From Eledone cirrhosa (Eukaryota): 64,000 bases of DNA. The notes beneath the pieces are model-generated. The model ran no database searches and had not been told where the DNA came from. It saw only the letters and a program-made list of their open reading frames with translations. Location of the stretch: assembly GCA_964016885.1 (NCBI GenBank), contig OZ024743.1, positions 159,340,001 through 159,404,000 of the forward strand, read 5' to 3'. Both the position numbers and the translations under genes were made by a program. Each line of letters starts with the position of its first letter. Position 1 is the first letter of the stretch. Below, piece by piece: positions 48,686-63,742 of the stretch.

Positions 48686-50474
48686 CAGATATACTTATTT
48701 TTTAGTTTAGGTTCTTTTGTTTGCCAACATTATTATTATCATCATTATTATCATTGGTTTTTGATGACTCTTTATTCTAGCTCTCATAATCATTTGGCTA
48801 CTGTACCATATCTGTCTTCTTACGCATTAAATTTTCACTATTACACCTTGTGAATATATATAAGATTACATACTTTACGCTATTTACTTTATTTTATTAT
48901 TATCTTCATTTTTATTTTTATTTTTATTTTTATTTTTATTTTTATTTTTAATTTTATTTTTAATTTTATTTTTATTTTTATTCAGATTCATCTTTGGATA
49001 TCCCCCCCCCCTCCCTTCCCCCTCCCCCCATGCGCACATAAACTTATTGTCAACCCCTCCATATTGACTATGATTATATTTAACACCCCCCTCTTTTACG
49101 CTCCGTCCTATTATTTATTATAGTATATCGACTATATTTTATGCCCCTTTGCATCCTCCATATATTTCTTCAAATCTGTCCCCATTAGCCTACCTTAATT
49201 CTACTTAAGTCAGTTTTTTAGATATCGTTATGTATATGATAGTAAAAAATTTCATTCCTTTTTGTAAACATTTATAACGAAACATTGAAGTTTATAAACT
49301 TTAATGACTTAAACTATAGCTAATATTATACTACCTTATTGGATAGTTTAAATATTTTTAATATTAATTTATCAAATAGGGTTTTCAAGTCATTTACAGG
49401 GATTGTTTTCCTTAGTTTTTACTTAACTACTTAACCGCATGTGAGACCTAAATGTATATGTTTGTTTTTGTTTTGTAATTTCCGGTTGATAATATTTATT
49501 TATTTATTTTATTCTATATTTTATATTCTATATTTTATTTGAAATACTACTGGGCATTATATTTACTATTTACTATTCCCTGTCTGGCACTTACTTACAC
49601 ATCCACATATGTCTGTCTACTAACCTTGTAATTATAAGTAATTATATATTATATTGTGTCAATTTATTTTATATAATATATTATATTATATTGTATTGTA
49701 ATATTGATCCTTATTACTCACTGTTCATTATATGTAACATTATGATATTTAAACTTTATATATCATGTAAGATGTTTGTATTTTTCTGTACCATCACAAT
49801 GTGTTTTGAGTATTGTATAATTTATTTTTCCTCATTTACTCTGTAACCCTGTATGAATCGATTTGTTAATATATTATTATTATATTATTATTGTGACATC
49901 TATATTGTTTGTGTAAATTAACCGGGGATCATCTATTATATTGAATTATATAATTGTATTGTTTATTATTTATTATATGTATTTCTTGTAATTATATCAT
50001 ATTATTACCTCATGTATATTGGGTAGATGTATTGGTATTATTATTTTTATTATTATTATTTTCACTCTTATCATGCTTATTTTTATATTCAAACTCCTAA
50101 TAAGGTTTAATTTGTGTAGTTGAAGATAGATGTGCGTATTGTTGTATGTGTGTGTGTGTGTGCGTGTGCGCACATATATACATGTGCATATTGCACCTTT
50201 TGATTTTTATTGTAATTTTAATGTTGGTAAAGGTATATTATTATAATGTATTATATTATATTACATTGTGTTATATATAATTCCTGCTCTATATAACCAC
50301 CTTCGTTTAGCTCTAGGTTATTTGCTTTGGACTATATTTGTAACATCCTTAGTTATTCTTATTATATATTTTTATTATTTTTATTATATATTTTTGCAAG
50401 ACTTTAGTGTATGTACACTCCATATTCTTCGGAGCTTCCGGCTTGTATCTGCCGATATTACTTCTTGTTGTTTT

Positions 50475-50520
50475 AATTGCCCTGATGAGTCCTTAATAGG
50501 ACGAAACATTGTCGGCTAAT
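50475..50520 (+). ncRNA. Minimal type I hammerhead ribozyme in PLE 3' pLTR
   Basis: Stem I GCC/GGC (extendable); CUGAUGA; stem II GUCC-UUAAUA-GGAC; GAAA; stem III AC-AUU-GU; GUC triplet. Confidence 0.85.
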
Positions 50521-50663
50521 AAAAACTTTTGATGTATTAAAGGCTTCTTTGTTTTACTCTCTTAATTTGTCGGCTCTGTTTAACCGCATTGAGCTATACC
50601 TTGTACTGTCAATGCTATAATACGAAGAGGGTGTTTAACTCCAACACGCTCCAGTATTTTAAT

Positions 50664-51472
<809 letters not shown>

Positions 51473-51480
51473 ATATATAT

Positions 51481-52375
51481 ATATTGTTATACTTTGGGAG
51501 GATCATGTTGCCAATAAGAAACACATGCACCAGTTAATTTCACTCCAATTTATTATAAATTAAAACATCTTTTTAAAAAATGTTTAAACATTTTTTATAA
51601 ATTTCCGGTTGGTTGGTTGGTTCCACAACGGGACGGTTGTTCATATATTGTCACAGTTTTTTCGTCATTACATTTTGTGACCTCTTCAGTAACTGGGATT
51701 CTTTTCTTTGTTTTGTGCCTCTCCTTTTTTCTGTCCTACGCCATCTTGTTTTTGTGTGTGTTGTGTGCTTAGTTTGCGCATGTATTACATCCGAGTGTCT
51801 GTGTGTGTTTTTATTTGTTTATTTATTTGTTTATTTGCATGTTACTGGTTGGTTGTTTGTTCTATGTGTGTGTGTTTTCATTTTGTCCTTAATTGTAAAT
51901 TGTGATATTGCTATTCCATTCATGTTTTCTATTTAATTTTGGTTGAAGTTCATTTATGTTTCTTGCCTCTGTGATTTGTCTAAGCATTGCGTCTTTTCTG
52001 TGTCTAGATTTTATTTTTATTTCTATGTTCTCTAATTTGCCCTTATGTTCTATTTTAGCATGTTGGTGGAGTACTGATGATTCTTTTCTATCTTGAAGTT
52101 CTCGCCAGTGTTCATTTAACCTTTCTCCTATACTACGAGCTGTCTCACATATGTACACTATATTCTTATATTTACATTGTCCTTCAGTACATATGCTATA
52201 TACTATGTTTCTAGTTTTAAAGTTAATATGGGGACTTAGTTTACAGATCAGTAATCAGATTACTGATCTGTAAACTAAGCCCCCATTTTAACTGTAACAC
52301 TCCCAAAGTATAACAATATCGGTTTCAACACACGTTTTCAGATAAAGAATCTTGCTAAACAAATTCAGAAACGAA
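51481..52375 (-). mobile_element. Truncated copy of the 58951-62390 Penelope (GIY-YIG + pLTR) with fold-back junction and inverted tail
   Basis: ORF 51889-52158 matches 59460-59666. 52300-52375 corresponds to the reverse complement of about 58951-59026. Degenerate HHR at about 51650-51693. Confidence 0.88.
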
Positions 52376-52617
52376 ATATATATATATATATATATAAATA
52401 TATATATATTCTTACGGTAAAAAGCTGACTAAACGGGATTGCATATGCAACGCACCAACCAGAAAGTAATAATGCAATTGGGCACAATCACTCACCGACA
52501 TATTTTTTCTTCCAAATATGATTTGTCTGTCGGTGACGGAGTATATGTAGAATAAGTAAAATGCGCAGTTCGCTGTGATGCTAAATTACGATCTTGGCTA
52601 TCTGATACGTCAATCAT

Positions 52618-53041
52618 GTAACCGGTCACGGGATCTCATGAGACAGCATAATTATGTAATAAGGGAACGGACAAAAGTGATGTTTTCATAGTCGATGTTC
52701 ACTGGCCAACGACCTACCACGCAATTCTATGCCAGCGGCTAGGGCTTCATAAACAAGCCTATTTCACATACCAAGCCTCCATCACCACAGCCGGTGAGAT
52801 GCTACAGTCACAGATTTCAATTGTAAATTCTAAATTTCAATTCTAAATTCAATTGTAAATTCAAGACCCAATTCCCCTGCACAACGTTGTGGGTGGGGGG
52901 CGGAATAAAGTTCACGAGGGAACGGATATCGGCTATGAAAACATCATTTTTGGTCATACCCTTTTCTTTGGATTTGATTACCTCGGAAACGTAACCTTAT
53001 TACATAATGATAATGTCTGATGAAATCGCGTGACCGGTTAC
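52618..53041. repeat. Degenerate foldback/MITE-like inverted repeat
   Basis: gtaaccggtcacg...attatgtaataagg...aaaagtgatgttttcatagtcgat versus atcggctatgaaaacatcattttt...ccttattacataat...cgtgaccggttac. Confidence 0.7.
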
Positions 53042-53128
53042 GATCTTCATTCAAATATGTCTGACAGCTTTGATAATAAAGGAAACGTTAATATCTATAC
53101 CGAACTTGGCATTTCCTTATTACACACA

Positions 53129-53217
<89 letters not shown>

Positions 53218-53454
53218 GCGCGCACACACATGCTCACACATATACATATATATATATATATATATAGATATATAGATATAGATATAGATAGGTAAATATA
53301 CACGGATGTGTATGATTGTGTATAGAAGATTATATTAATAAGAGGAATTCCAACTTTGTCTGATTTACTCGTTTTATTTACAATCCTTTAAAATATATAT
53401 AATATGGTATTACAATGAAATAGTATGATAGAATATTAAATTCTAAGTGTTAAT

Positions 53455-53493
53455 TGAACAAGTACTTTCATGCTTTCGCAATCTTCAGGTTCA
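53455..53493 (-). ncRNA. Minimal type I hammerhead ribozyme
   Basis: Minus strand UGAAC-CUGAAGA-U-UGC-GAAA-GCA-U-GAAA-GUAC-UU-GUUCA. Stem I 5 bp, GNRA-capped stem II, palindromic AGUACU stem III, CUU triplet. Confidence 0.8.
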
Positions 53494-53610
53494 TGATATG
53501 TGGTGACAGTCGAGTTTGCAATTTTCAACTGTGTGTATAAATATATATATATACACACATTTTCCATGGTATGTTCCTTGGCTATGTCAACATTTAAAAA
53601 ACACACTTTG

Positions 53611-53680
53611 TATTTTATCTGATGAAAGCGTACCAAAGTTTTTGGTTTGGTACCCTTGAAATATATATAATATAATAAAT
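53611..53680 (+). ncRNA. Hammerhead-like motif with long stem II
   Basis: CUGAUGA-AAGCGUACCAAA-loop-UUUGGUACCCUU-GAAA-UAUAUAUA. Stems I and III are weak and AU-only. Confidence 0.55.
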
Positions 53681-53844
53681 ATGGTTTTATAAATATAGTT
53701 TCCATTTATTTAATAACATTGTATATATATCTACATATATCTACACAAACACACACACATATATATATATATATATAATGTGTGTGTGTGTGTGAGCGTG
53801 TGGGTGTGTGTGTGGGTGTGTGTGTGTGTATGTGTGTGTGTGTC

Positions 53845-54512
53845 GGGGGGTAATCACAGTAAGTAAGGTACTGAATACATAGCAGAGTATAAATATTTCA
53901 TATACAAATGGGTTCTACAGGACTAGAACTGTTTCATTCTAAGGAAATCATCAATGTAATATGGTGGTATTTATACATTTTCTGTTGGTAGGAGAGGGTG
54001 GTAATTGGGATGGGTAGAGGTCATTGGCTGATGGATTTAATGAATGAGGATTCTTTGAAAAAACTATATTTAGAGAAAAATACAGAGGGATACAGAATGA
54101 TACAAATATAGGCACTGCTAATTTTCAAGATTCATTTATTTTAAGCAAACAAAGGGTTTTCATTAAGTGGCTGTATTAACACACTCTGTTAAAGTCTGCA
54201 AAATGGTCAGATGTTTACAATCATACACACACACACACACACAGCCACACACATACACACGCACATATATATATATTCATACACACACACGTATATATGT
54301 ATGTATATATATATATATTCATACATACAAATATACATATATACTCACACATACATACATATACAAACATATACATGCATATATACACACCCATACATAT
54401 ACCCATGCACACACACATAAATATATACATATATATATACACATGCATACGCATATATATATATATATATATATACACTCACAAACATATAAACAAATAC
54501 ACACACACACAT

Positions 54513-54582
<70 letters not shown>

Positions 54583-55075
54583 TTAATATAGATGAGATTC
54601 TACAGGACTAGAACTGTTTCATTCATTAGAAATCATCAGGAATCTGGGTATCAAAAAATAAATATGGTATTTATAGGTCTCTACAAGTGGTAGGAGGGGG
54701 TGGGGAGTGGGATGGGTGTAGGTCATTGGTTGATAGAAAAGGGAATTCATTAAAAGCTAATTCTACAAAGCTATAGTTTATTTTTATTTATTTATGTTTT
54801 TAGAGTAACAAGGGCAGACAGAATTCTATAAACAGGTTCCGGATGGCATACCATTCCTTGTCATTAAGTTTCTCTTAAGCTAACAGATGTCTATAAAATC
54901 AGTGGGGGGTCAGTCATGGTCGATAGAATTAAAGAAAAGGGATATTCTTTAAAAGCTAAAATCATTAAGGTTGTACTAAGTGACAAAGGTCTAGAGAATT
55001 CTGCAGACAGATTCAAAATACTGAGTGCATATCTTACTATTATCCTCGAACTTCTCTTAAACTAATCAACTATAT
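53845..55075 (-). mobile_element. Two related HHR-bearing pLTR-like elements (about 53845-54220 and 54580-55075) separated by microsatellite
   Basis: Shared ttctacaggactagaactgtttcattc...aaatcatca and ggtagga..gggatgggt..aggtcattgg. A third degenerate copy lies at about 62545-62625. Confidence 0.7.
54595..54645 (-). ncRNA. Type I hammerhead ribozyme
   Basis: Stem I AGAUUC/GAAUCU; CUGAUGA; U-UUC-UAAU-GAA-U; GAAA; stem III ACAG/CUGU with loop UUCUAGUC; GUA triplet. Confidence 0.75.
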
Positions 55076-55235
55076 GCCAAAAATCAACAGACACATTCAC
55101 AAAAAAACAAAAAAACACATACTCACTCACACACTTACGCGCAACCATAAACACACACACAAACACATATACACACATAAAAACACACACACATATATAA
55201 AAATATATTCATGTACACACACATACATACACACA

Positions 55236-55325
<90 letters not shown>

Positions 55326-55514
55326 CACATATATACACGCACATATATATATATACACACATACACACACACATACACATACATACACACATACAAACAT
55401 ATATACACAAATAAATACACTCACACGCATACATACAAACACAAATATACATGTGTATACATATACACACAAATACATATAGACATATATACATACACAT
55501 ACACAGACACATAT

Positions 55515-55552
<38 letters not shown>

Positions 55553-55587
55553 ACACACATACACACATATATATATATATATATATG

Positions 55588-57040
55588 CATAAAGGAGGTA
55601 GCAGAGCGGTGGCCAAAAACTATAGGCCTGTCGTCACATATCAGGAAAGTCATGGAGCGAATCATCAGCAAGAAAATGAAATTTTCCTCGAGGAACTAGC
55701 AAGCAGCACGGCTTTCGCCCAGGAAGAAGCTGCCTTACACAGCTGCTACAGCACTGCGACTGGGTACTGAAACAACAGCTAGTCAGCGCACATGTGGACG
55801 TGATATATCTTGACTTTGCGAGGTCTTTGACAAGTTCGATCACGGAATGATATGTCGTAAACTACACGGACTCGGCATAACTGGAAAAGTAAGTGAGTGG
55901 CTGCATGACTTCTTAAAGGACAGAAGCCAGACAGTCGCAGCAAACGGCGCCTTCTCAAAGGAAATATCAAGTGGGGTGCCCCAGGGCACAGTCCTGGGAC
56001 CAATACCGTTTTTGGTGTCTCTCTCAAACATGCCCTCTGTAGTACATACAACATCCCTCACTAGCTATGCTGATGACACTAAGGTAGCACAGGCAATCAA
56101 AGACTCGGCTGACGCTGCCATTTTACAACAAGATCTGGATGTCATATACAAATGGGCAGAAGACAACGACATACAGTTTAATGATGGCAAATTCCAAGCC
56201 CTACAATACAAACCTGCAAACACAAATGCAGTACAACACAGTTAGGCCGGACCAGGAGGGACCGATATCCCCGTGTCGAAGTCGATACGAGACCTGGGTA
56301 TAGACTTGAGCGACGATGCATCTTTTCCCTCACACATCATGAAAGTGGCGACAATGTGCAGACGACTCGCTGGCTGGATCTTGAGGACTTCCGAACAAGA
56401 GACCGAGACACCATCTTGACACTATGGAGGACATTTGTCCTAAGCCGCCTGGACTATTGCTTCCAGTTGTGGTCACCCATAGTGTCAAACCACCCACGGA
56501 GCTTGAGGCAATCCAGCTAAGCTACACCAAGAGTATTGCCACGATGAAGGAGATAAGCTTCTGGGAGAGGCTAAAAGATCTGAACCTCTACTCCTTTGAA
56601 CGAAGACGGGAGAGATTCGCAGTGATCTACATGTGGAAAATCCTAGAGGGACTAGCACCAAATTTTGGCATTGGGAGCTGAACCAATCGTCGAACAGGAC
56701 GTCACTGCGTGGTGCCAAAGGTCCCGTCTACCACATCTAGAATAAGGAGCAGATATTGCAATAGCCTGGTGTTCAAGGGCCCTCAACTCTTCAACAAGCT
56801 GCCGAGGGATCTGAGAGATACCGCATGGTGTGGATGTTGATGTCTTCAAGAAACATCTCGACACCTTCCTATCTAGGATCCCGGATGATCCCACAGCAAG
56901 GCACGGGGGAAACTTAAGGGCAGCAGCAACGAACTCCCTCTTGCACCAGTGGCCAACCAATACAGGCTGGAGATAACAAGGGCGGTTCCCCAGCATAGTC
57001 CTCAGCCGGATAGCTGGAACAGGTAACAGAGTAAAAGATA
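55588..57040 (+). pseudogene. Decayed CR1-group LINE 3' portion (RT)
   Basis: KNYRPV, QHGF, VDVIYLDFARSFDKFDH, SGVPQGTVLGP, SYADDTK, LQQDLD, RLKDLNLYSFERRRER. Confidence 0.88.
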
Positions 57041-58832
57041 CATACTTACATATATATATATTCGTGTGCGTATGTATGTTTATGTAAATATATACATATT
57101 CATACATATGGACATACGCACATACCTATAATTTTTACATGTATCTCTGCGATTCACTTGGCAGCTACTTATCCCAAATTTATTTCCGAAGTGTGAACAA
57201 GTGATTCATATTTACACAGATCATACATTAATCTCTCGCTAATAAGTTTCCATTTAACGGGTGGAGTGGGGATTAATTTCGGGACTGGAATCCAATGAGA
57301 CAGACTACCAAAATGTAATCTACTATGCTATACATATATTAGCATGTACGTTGATTGTCGTTGAAAGATAGGGATTTTAAACTACACTGAAAGATCTCTA
57401 TCAGTACTATTAATTATATATCTTAAGAATTCAAACTTTTCAATAAATGTTTTAGTAAAAAGATTGATGCATGGCTTTCTGGTATATATACTAAGAAGTG
57501 TATTGGACATGACGCATTTCGAAGCAACAAATCAGAATAAAAGAACCAGAAAGGTGTATTGAAAAGGTTATTCTTTGCTGAATGGTATCCATTTGTTTCT
57601 CTGAGTCTGTCCCTTCATTTCGTAACTCACGCTGGTTAGCTCATATTCACCTCTGATCGTGTCAAAATTTACTCATTGTTAAATAATATTCTTTCATAAG
57701 TGCATATGTATTTCTAGTTATACTTTTAATACTTTCTGAAATAAATGAATATGCAACCTTAATGATTGCCTCAACATAACATCAGCCCATATAGCGAATG
57801 CTATGAGTTGCTGTATAAGTCAACATATGAGCAAAACTTACACAATTCTGTCTCTATTCTTTGCAGAGAATGTAAAACAATATCAGTTATTAGCCTGTAA
57901 ACCTTTTTCTTCTTCCCGCACATGTATTTTTAGGTCCCCTTTGTTTTCCTGTAGTGTGCTTTGTATTATATGTTTTTTCTAAATTAAACATGATTGCTTT
58001 TCAAGTATCATAGATAGCGCAACTGAAATATACATTCTCTACAATAAAATGTCCAGTGAAATGATCGTATCTTTACTTCTTCAGAAAATGCGTTTAAGCC
58101 TACGGTTCGCTGAGTACGTCAGTATAACATGTCCAGGTTTGTGTCTTGTAATTTTCGTAAATATAAATATAATATAATTGACTTCTATCGCTCTATTCTA
58201 AACTGCATATATACTTCTAGCTAGCCATTTACTTCTTCCTTCATTAATCATGTGAAAATTAACATAACATGTGTATTTGAAATAAGAATCTTTCTAGTAG
58301 TATAGATTCAACAATCTACACTTTCTCATTTTTTCCTTTACAAATGATATAAAAAAGATTTACAAATATGTCATTAGTTATGTATCCGAACTGGAACTGA
58401 ATTACACAATTACGAGAGCAAACTATAATTACTCACTCCAGATTCACAGAAGACTAGATGTAATGCAAGATCATTTCATTCAAATATCATATAACATCTC
58501 AGGTTTATAGGTACAGTTGAAAGGTCTTATATCAATAAGAGATAAATATCTGGATATTGGTTATTACTATTGTAGTCGGTATTTATTAGACGAAGCCATT
58601 CCAACCAGGAAAACAATGTAAAATATTTCGATACATCTTGATTCTTGCAGAATAAACAGACTATGTTTATTCATAGCTTCCCAAGAAGATGTTTTCTAAT
58701 TGCTAATTTGTCTGTGCAAATACTGAAGAAGATGGAAGAGAAATTGTATGTTTTATATAGGAAAAAATAAAAAGAAGCAAAATACATACTTAAAAATAAC
58801 GCATTCGCAAACACACGTGTACGTATATCTAA

Positions 58833-58894
<62 letters not shown>

Positions 58895-58905
58895 GTATAT
58901 ACATG

Positions 58906-58950
<45 letters not shown>

Positions 58951-58954
<4 letters not shown>

Positions 58955-61900
58955 TTTCTGAATTTGTTTAGCAAGATTCTTTATCTGAAAACGTGTGTTG
59001 AAACCGATATTTTTATGCTTTGGGAGGGTCATGTTGCCAATAAGAAACACACGCACCAGTTGCTTTCACTCCAATTTATTATAAATTAAGTTTATAAATT
59101 TAAGAATTTATAAATTTCCGGTTGGTTGGTTGGTTCCATAACCGGACGGTTGTTCATATATTGTCAAAGTTCTTTCGTCACACATTATGTGACCTCTTCA
59201 GTGACTGGGGATTCATTTCTTTGTTGTGTGCCTCTCCTTTGTTCTGTCCTACGCCATCTTGTTTTTGTGTGTGTTGTGTGCTTAGTTTGTGCATGTGTTA
59301 CATCCGGGTGTCTGTGGGTGTTTTTATTTATTTATTTGTAATTTACATATTACTAGTTAGTTGTTTGTTCTATGTGTGTGTGTGTTTTCATTTTGTCCTT
59401 AATTTTAAGTTGTGATGTTGCTATTCCATTCATGTTTTCTATTTAATTTTGGTTGGAGTTCATTTATGTTTATTGCCTCTGATTTGTCTAAACATTGCGT
59501 CTTTTCTGTGTGTAGATTCTATTTTTATTTCTATGTTCTCTAATTTGCCCTTATGTGCTATTTTAGCATGTTGGTGGAGTATTGATGATACTTTTTTATC
59601 TTGAAGTTCTCGCCAGTGTTCATTTAACCGTTCTCCTATACTACGAGCTAGCTCACCTATGTACACTATATTCTTATCTTTACATTGTCCTTCAGTACAT
59701 CTTATGCTATATACTACATTTCTAGTTTTACAGTTAATATGGGGGCTTAGTTTACAGATTATGCATTTCTTAATCTATACAGGGAGGTCTTTGAAAACGT
59801 TATGTATTGCTAATAAGTGTTTTTATGGAGGTACCTGGTCTTTCTACTATCTTAATATTAAGTTTATGTTTATCTAGGGCCCTTCTAACTGTTTAAGCTA
59901 ATTCACCTCTAGGGGTTGTATTGATGAACATTACACTCTGGTATTTATTGCTATCATACCAGATGTTTATTCTATTAACCTTATTCCTAGTTCTTTCTAT
60001 TCTATTCCCAAATTTGCTCCTATACAAGGGGCAGGTCCCATTTGTATCATTATTTACTATTTTTTCCCATTTGGTTCTGGCTCCTCTATATACTCTGATT
60101 TTATCTCTCTGATTGTAACCAGAGAACTGCCTACGGTGGATGAAGTGTCATATGTGTCTCTCTAGTTCTTTGGGGTTGCACATGCGGGACACATTTCTCA
60201 TCACCCGTACCAAATCCGCAATCAGTATGTTGATTTTGGTGTGATCCGAAACAGCTGAGCTTCGGTGGAACAGATATTTGGAAGTCATGGGTTTGGCATA
60301 ATGGGAATGGAGGATTTGTTTTTTGTTATTAATGGTTTCCAACCAGAGCTCTGTGTCTAGTACAGGTAATCGATGGTTGGGGTTTTTGCTTGGGTAGTCT
60401 ATAGTAACTCTAATACTCTGGTGGATGGAGTTAGCTATTTGCTGGATGCTTTCCATGTTGTTTTTCTCTAATTCCTGACTGTTCTCTAGTGGGGGTGTTT
60501 TTACTACGATGTTTATATCATCAACGTAGCGGGTGTAATTTTCAGGGTTAAGAGGTTGCTGTCTTCTAATTCTTCTTTAAGTTTAAGTTTAAGTTTATTG
60601 TCGCACCATACCACGAATAGGTTAACTATGTCACCTGCAATGCTAACACCAATGGCTGCTCCCTCCTCTTGGGCATACGTTTTTCCATTAAATTTGAACA
60701 TATGTTCCTTAAGAGTTAATTTTATACTGGCCCCCACCGCATGTGCAATCATTTTCTTTAGTTCGTCGTGGTTTTTGGGGGTCCGTATGGCTCTGGTCCA
60801 CTCGTTCCATCTTTCTGTGTGGGGTTTCTTGGCCATTGAAGTAATGGTAGGTGGTCTGCCTCTTGCTGGTCTTGTAGGGCACAGGTTGCTAAGGTCATAT
60901 GTATCTAGATAATCATTACTATAGTTAAGTTTAAGTAGGAGTCCCTGCTCACTGGTATCAATCCCACGGAATTCAACATTGCTCTCACTAATCATTTCTA
61001 CGTATTTCTCCACAGAAAAATTCACGTCAATGGATGGATATATGGACACAACATCCATACTACCTATTATACAGTCTGTTAGGCCCCCAGATCGGTTATT
61101 TTCGCTGATTCTGTTGAGCAGGTCCTCCGTGCTGTCACATATATCTGGGGACATTTCAATGGTGGGGCGTATGATCAGGGAGAGGAAGCAGGAAAGCCTG
61201 TAGTTACTAGCAATGTTACCTCCACAGATTGGCCGTGTTGGAGGTCCTGTGACAGGGTCACAGCTCGTTTTATGATCTTTTCGAAGCCCATACAACGCTG
61301 GCACGTCATTGTTCCAGGCCTGGAAGTTGTTGGCAGTCCTTTTATTGGGATTCATTATGTTTTTCCACATCAACATATGGGCATTGAGGGTTTTCTCCCT
61401 ATCCTCATGCTCTTGTGGTGTTACTTCTCTTGTGTTAGTGATGTGGTGTTGCATTGCCTGGATGTAGTTTAACAGACTGTCAACCGACATTCTGCCAGAC
61501 TTGTCTGTTGGAAAGCATGCAATCTCTCCATTACCCGAGCGCTGCATGAGCTTACGCAAGCCATTTGCAAATTTTTCTCCCAGTTGCTGGGCATCCATTC
61601 TATTGTGCTTCTTGCTATACTATTCTATAATATTTCTAAGTTTAGATCTAGCTATACTAAAGTGTGCTTCTGTTTGTTCATCGACCTGCGACGGCAATTG
61701 CATGCGTTTGTTAAAAGCTAAAGTCGTGGCGTGGACTCGTCGTAGGTCGAAGGACATATCGGAAGGATTATAACAAGTAGAGTTCCAGGATTATGCTTTA
61801 TGTGTACTATTGCTAATGTTATTGTTAGTTTTGTTGTATCTATTTCTATGTCCACCAACAGCCTCATGGTTGTTTCTATGTCTCTCATTATTAATCCTGT

Positions 61901-62390
61901 CTCTTTCCTCTGGCTCATTGTTATTACCTACTCTATTTTGTGCGTCTGTGTGTTCGTCCTGGTTATTTCCTCTGTCAGTATCGATAGTCTCCCTTCTCCT
62001 TTCAATCCCATTACCTTCCCTTCTTCCCTTACTTGTGTGTTACTGTTATTACCTGTTTTCTGTGTCTGTGTGTTTGTTAAGACTGTGGTGGTGGTGAGAG
62101 GCATATAATGTGTGTGTGTTGTTGTTGTTGATGTGTGCTGTTGTTGATGTGTGTTGTTGTTGTTGTTGTCTCCGTGTATGTTATTATGTTTAGACAAATC
62201 ACAGAAGCAATAAACATAAATGACATCCGTAGAATTTGAACCCAGAATACGCCGGAAAAATAACGATAGGCTTTTGCCCAACGAAAATTTATCTATCTAC
62301 ATCTCACTTTGTCACACTTTGTATATGCCTACATACACGCACACACCAACAAACACACCCACATTTCATACGCATACATATTGTAAATAA
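58951..62390 (-). mobile_element. Penelope-like element (RT + GIY-YIG + 3' pLTR), frameshifted, in (TA)n
   Basis: PTDKSGR, LYGLRKDHK...TRPIC, GSMDVVSIYPSI, YAQEEGAAIGVSIAG, RYVDDI (shifted frame about 60514-60531), LPVLDTELW, YIGELARSIGERLNEH. The 5' boundary is approximate. Confidence 0.9.
59163..59205 (-). ncRNA. Minimal hammerhead ribozyme in Penelope 3' pLTR
   Basis: GUCA-CUGAAGA-G-GUCACA-UAAUG-UGUGAC-GAAAG-AA-CUU-UGAC. One extra nt after A9; CUU triplet. Confidence 0.75.
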
Positions 62391-62464
<74 letters not shown>

Positions 62465-62494
62465 GTGTGTGTGTATGTGTGTGTGTGTGTGTGT

Positions 62495-62543
<49 letters not shown>

Positions 62544-63681
62544 CATGAATATAATGTTTAATATAGAAATATAGAAATGGCTTCTACAGGAATAGAACTG
62601 GTTCATTGGCAGGAAATCAGGCATTCCCGATGATCTTCGAAAGTTCATCATTATTATCAACCAAGTTACTCATTCTGATATAACGGAAAATCAGGAGCAG
62701 AAACACAAAGCAACTTGATATCTAACAGTGTGCGAAATTAACTTGGGCAGCGGTAAATTCAAAAGAAAAAAAAGCATCGTAACGTTTTCAGGGCGGTGAA
62801 TTTAGCCGCAAAGTATTCTATTTAATTTATGTCCTGCGTTACAGAGCAAGTATAATTACGTTACTTAATGATTAAGAATCACCGTAGAATAAACATTGTT
62901 GGTTTAGTAAAGTGACTTCCGACTGTGTGGATTCGTAATTTGGTTTACGCATGCAAATGGGTATTTCCATGTATAAATATATACAATAACTTTTACACCC
63001 CGCGTGTATCATTGTACTTGTGAAAATGGGGTATAGAGTGTAATCGGTATAGGTCACAATATCATCATAATATTCAGCCGTAATACATTATTGTATTTAA
63101 GTATTTATGTATTTAAATGAGTGGGAGTATATGTTAGGCCTGATGGACTAATAAGAATAAACAATGATTATAGGCTATGTATGCTAGAAAGAGAAATAGG
63201 TGGGTTGTTTATTTTAAAAGCGCTGATGATTAGCAGCACATTGATCACAATCATATTATATTTCCTATATGAACTCAATTTAGTTATTATACAGTTGAGG
63301 TCAACGTTTTAGGTGCTTAGTTAAATTATTGTTAATGTACACACACACACACACATACAGCCACATACTGTATAGAAACAATTGTAGAGATTAAATATGG
63401 ATTTAATTTTAAAATCTTGGTTTTCTTCAATTTAAGTATTTATGCTCTTCCACTCTCACTGTCTTTAACAGCAGGAACTTTAACATTCGGAAGACTCTTT
63501 CGATTGTTTTGAATTCCTACTTACTGTAGACCGCTAGTGTACACTGAGCTTTTCACTTGCTCCCGAAATTAATAATAGTTGAATAATTCGTTACAATCCT
63601 TCACACACACGCAAAATCACACTCACACAGACACGCAGGCACACCCTATCTCTCACATACACCCAGACACACGCATATGTA

Positions 63682-63742
<61 letters not shown>

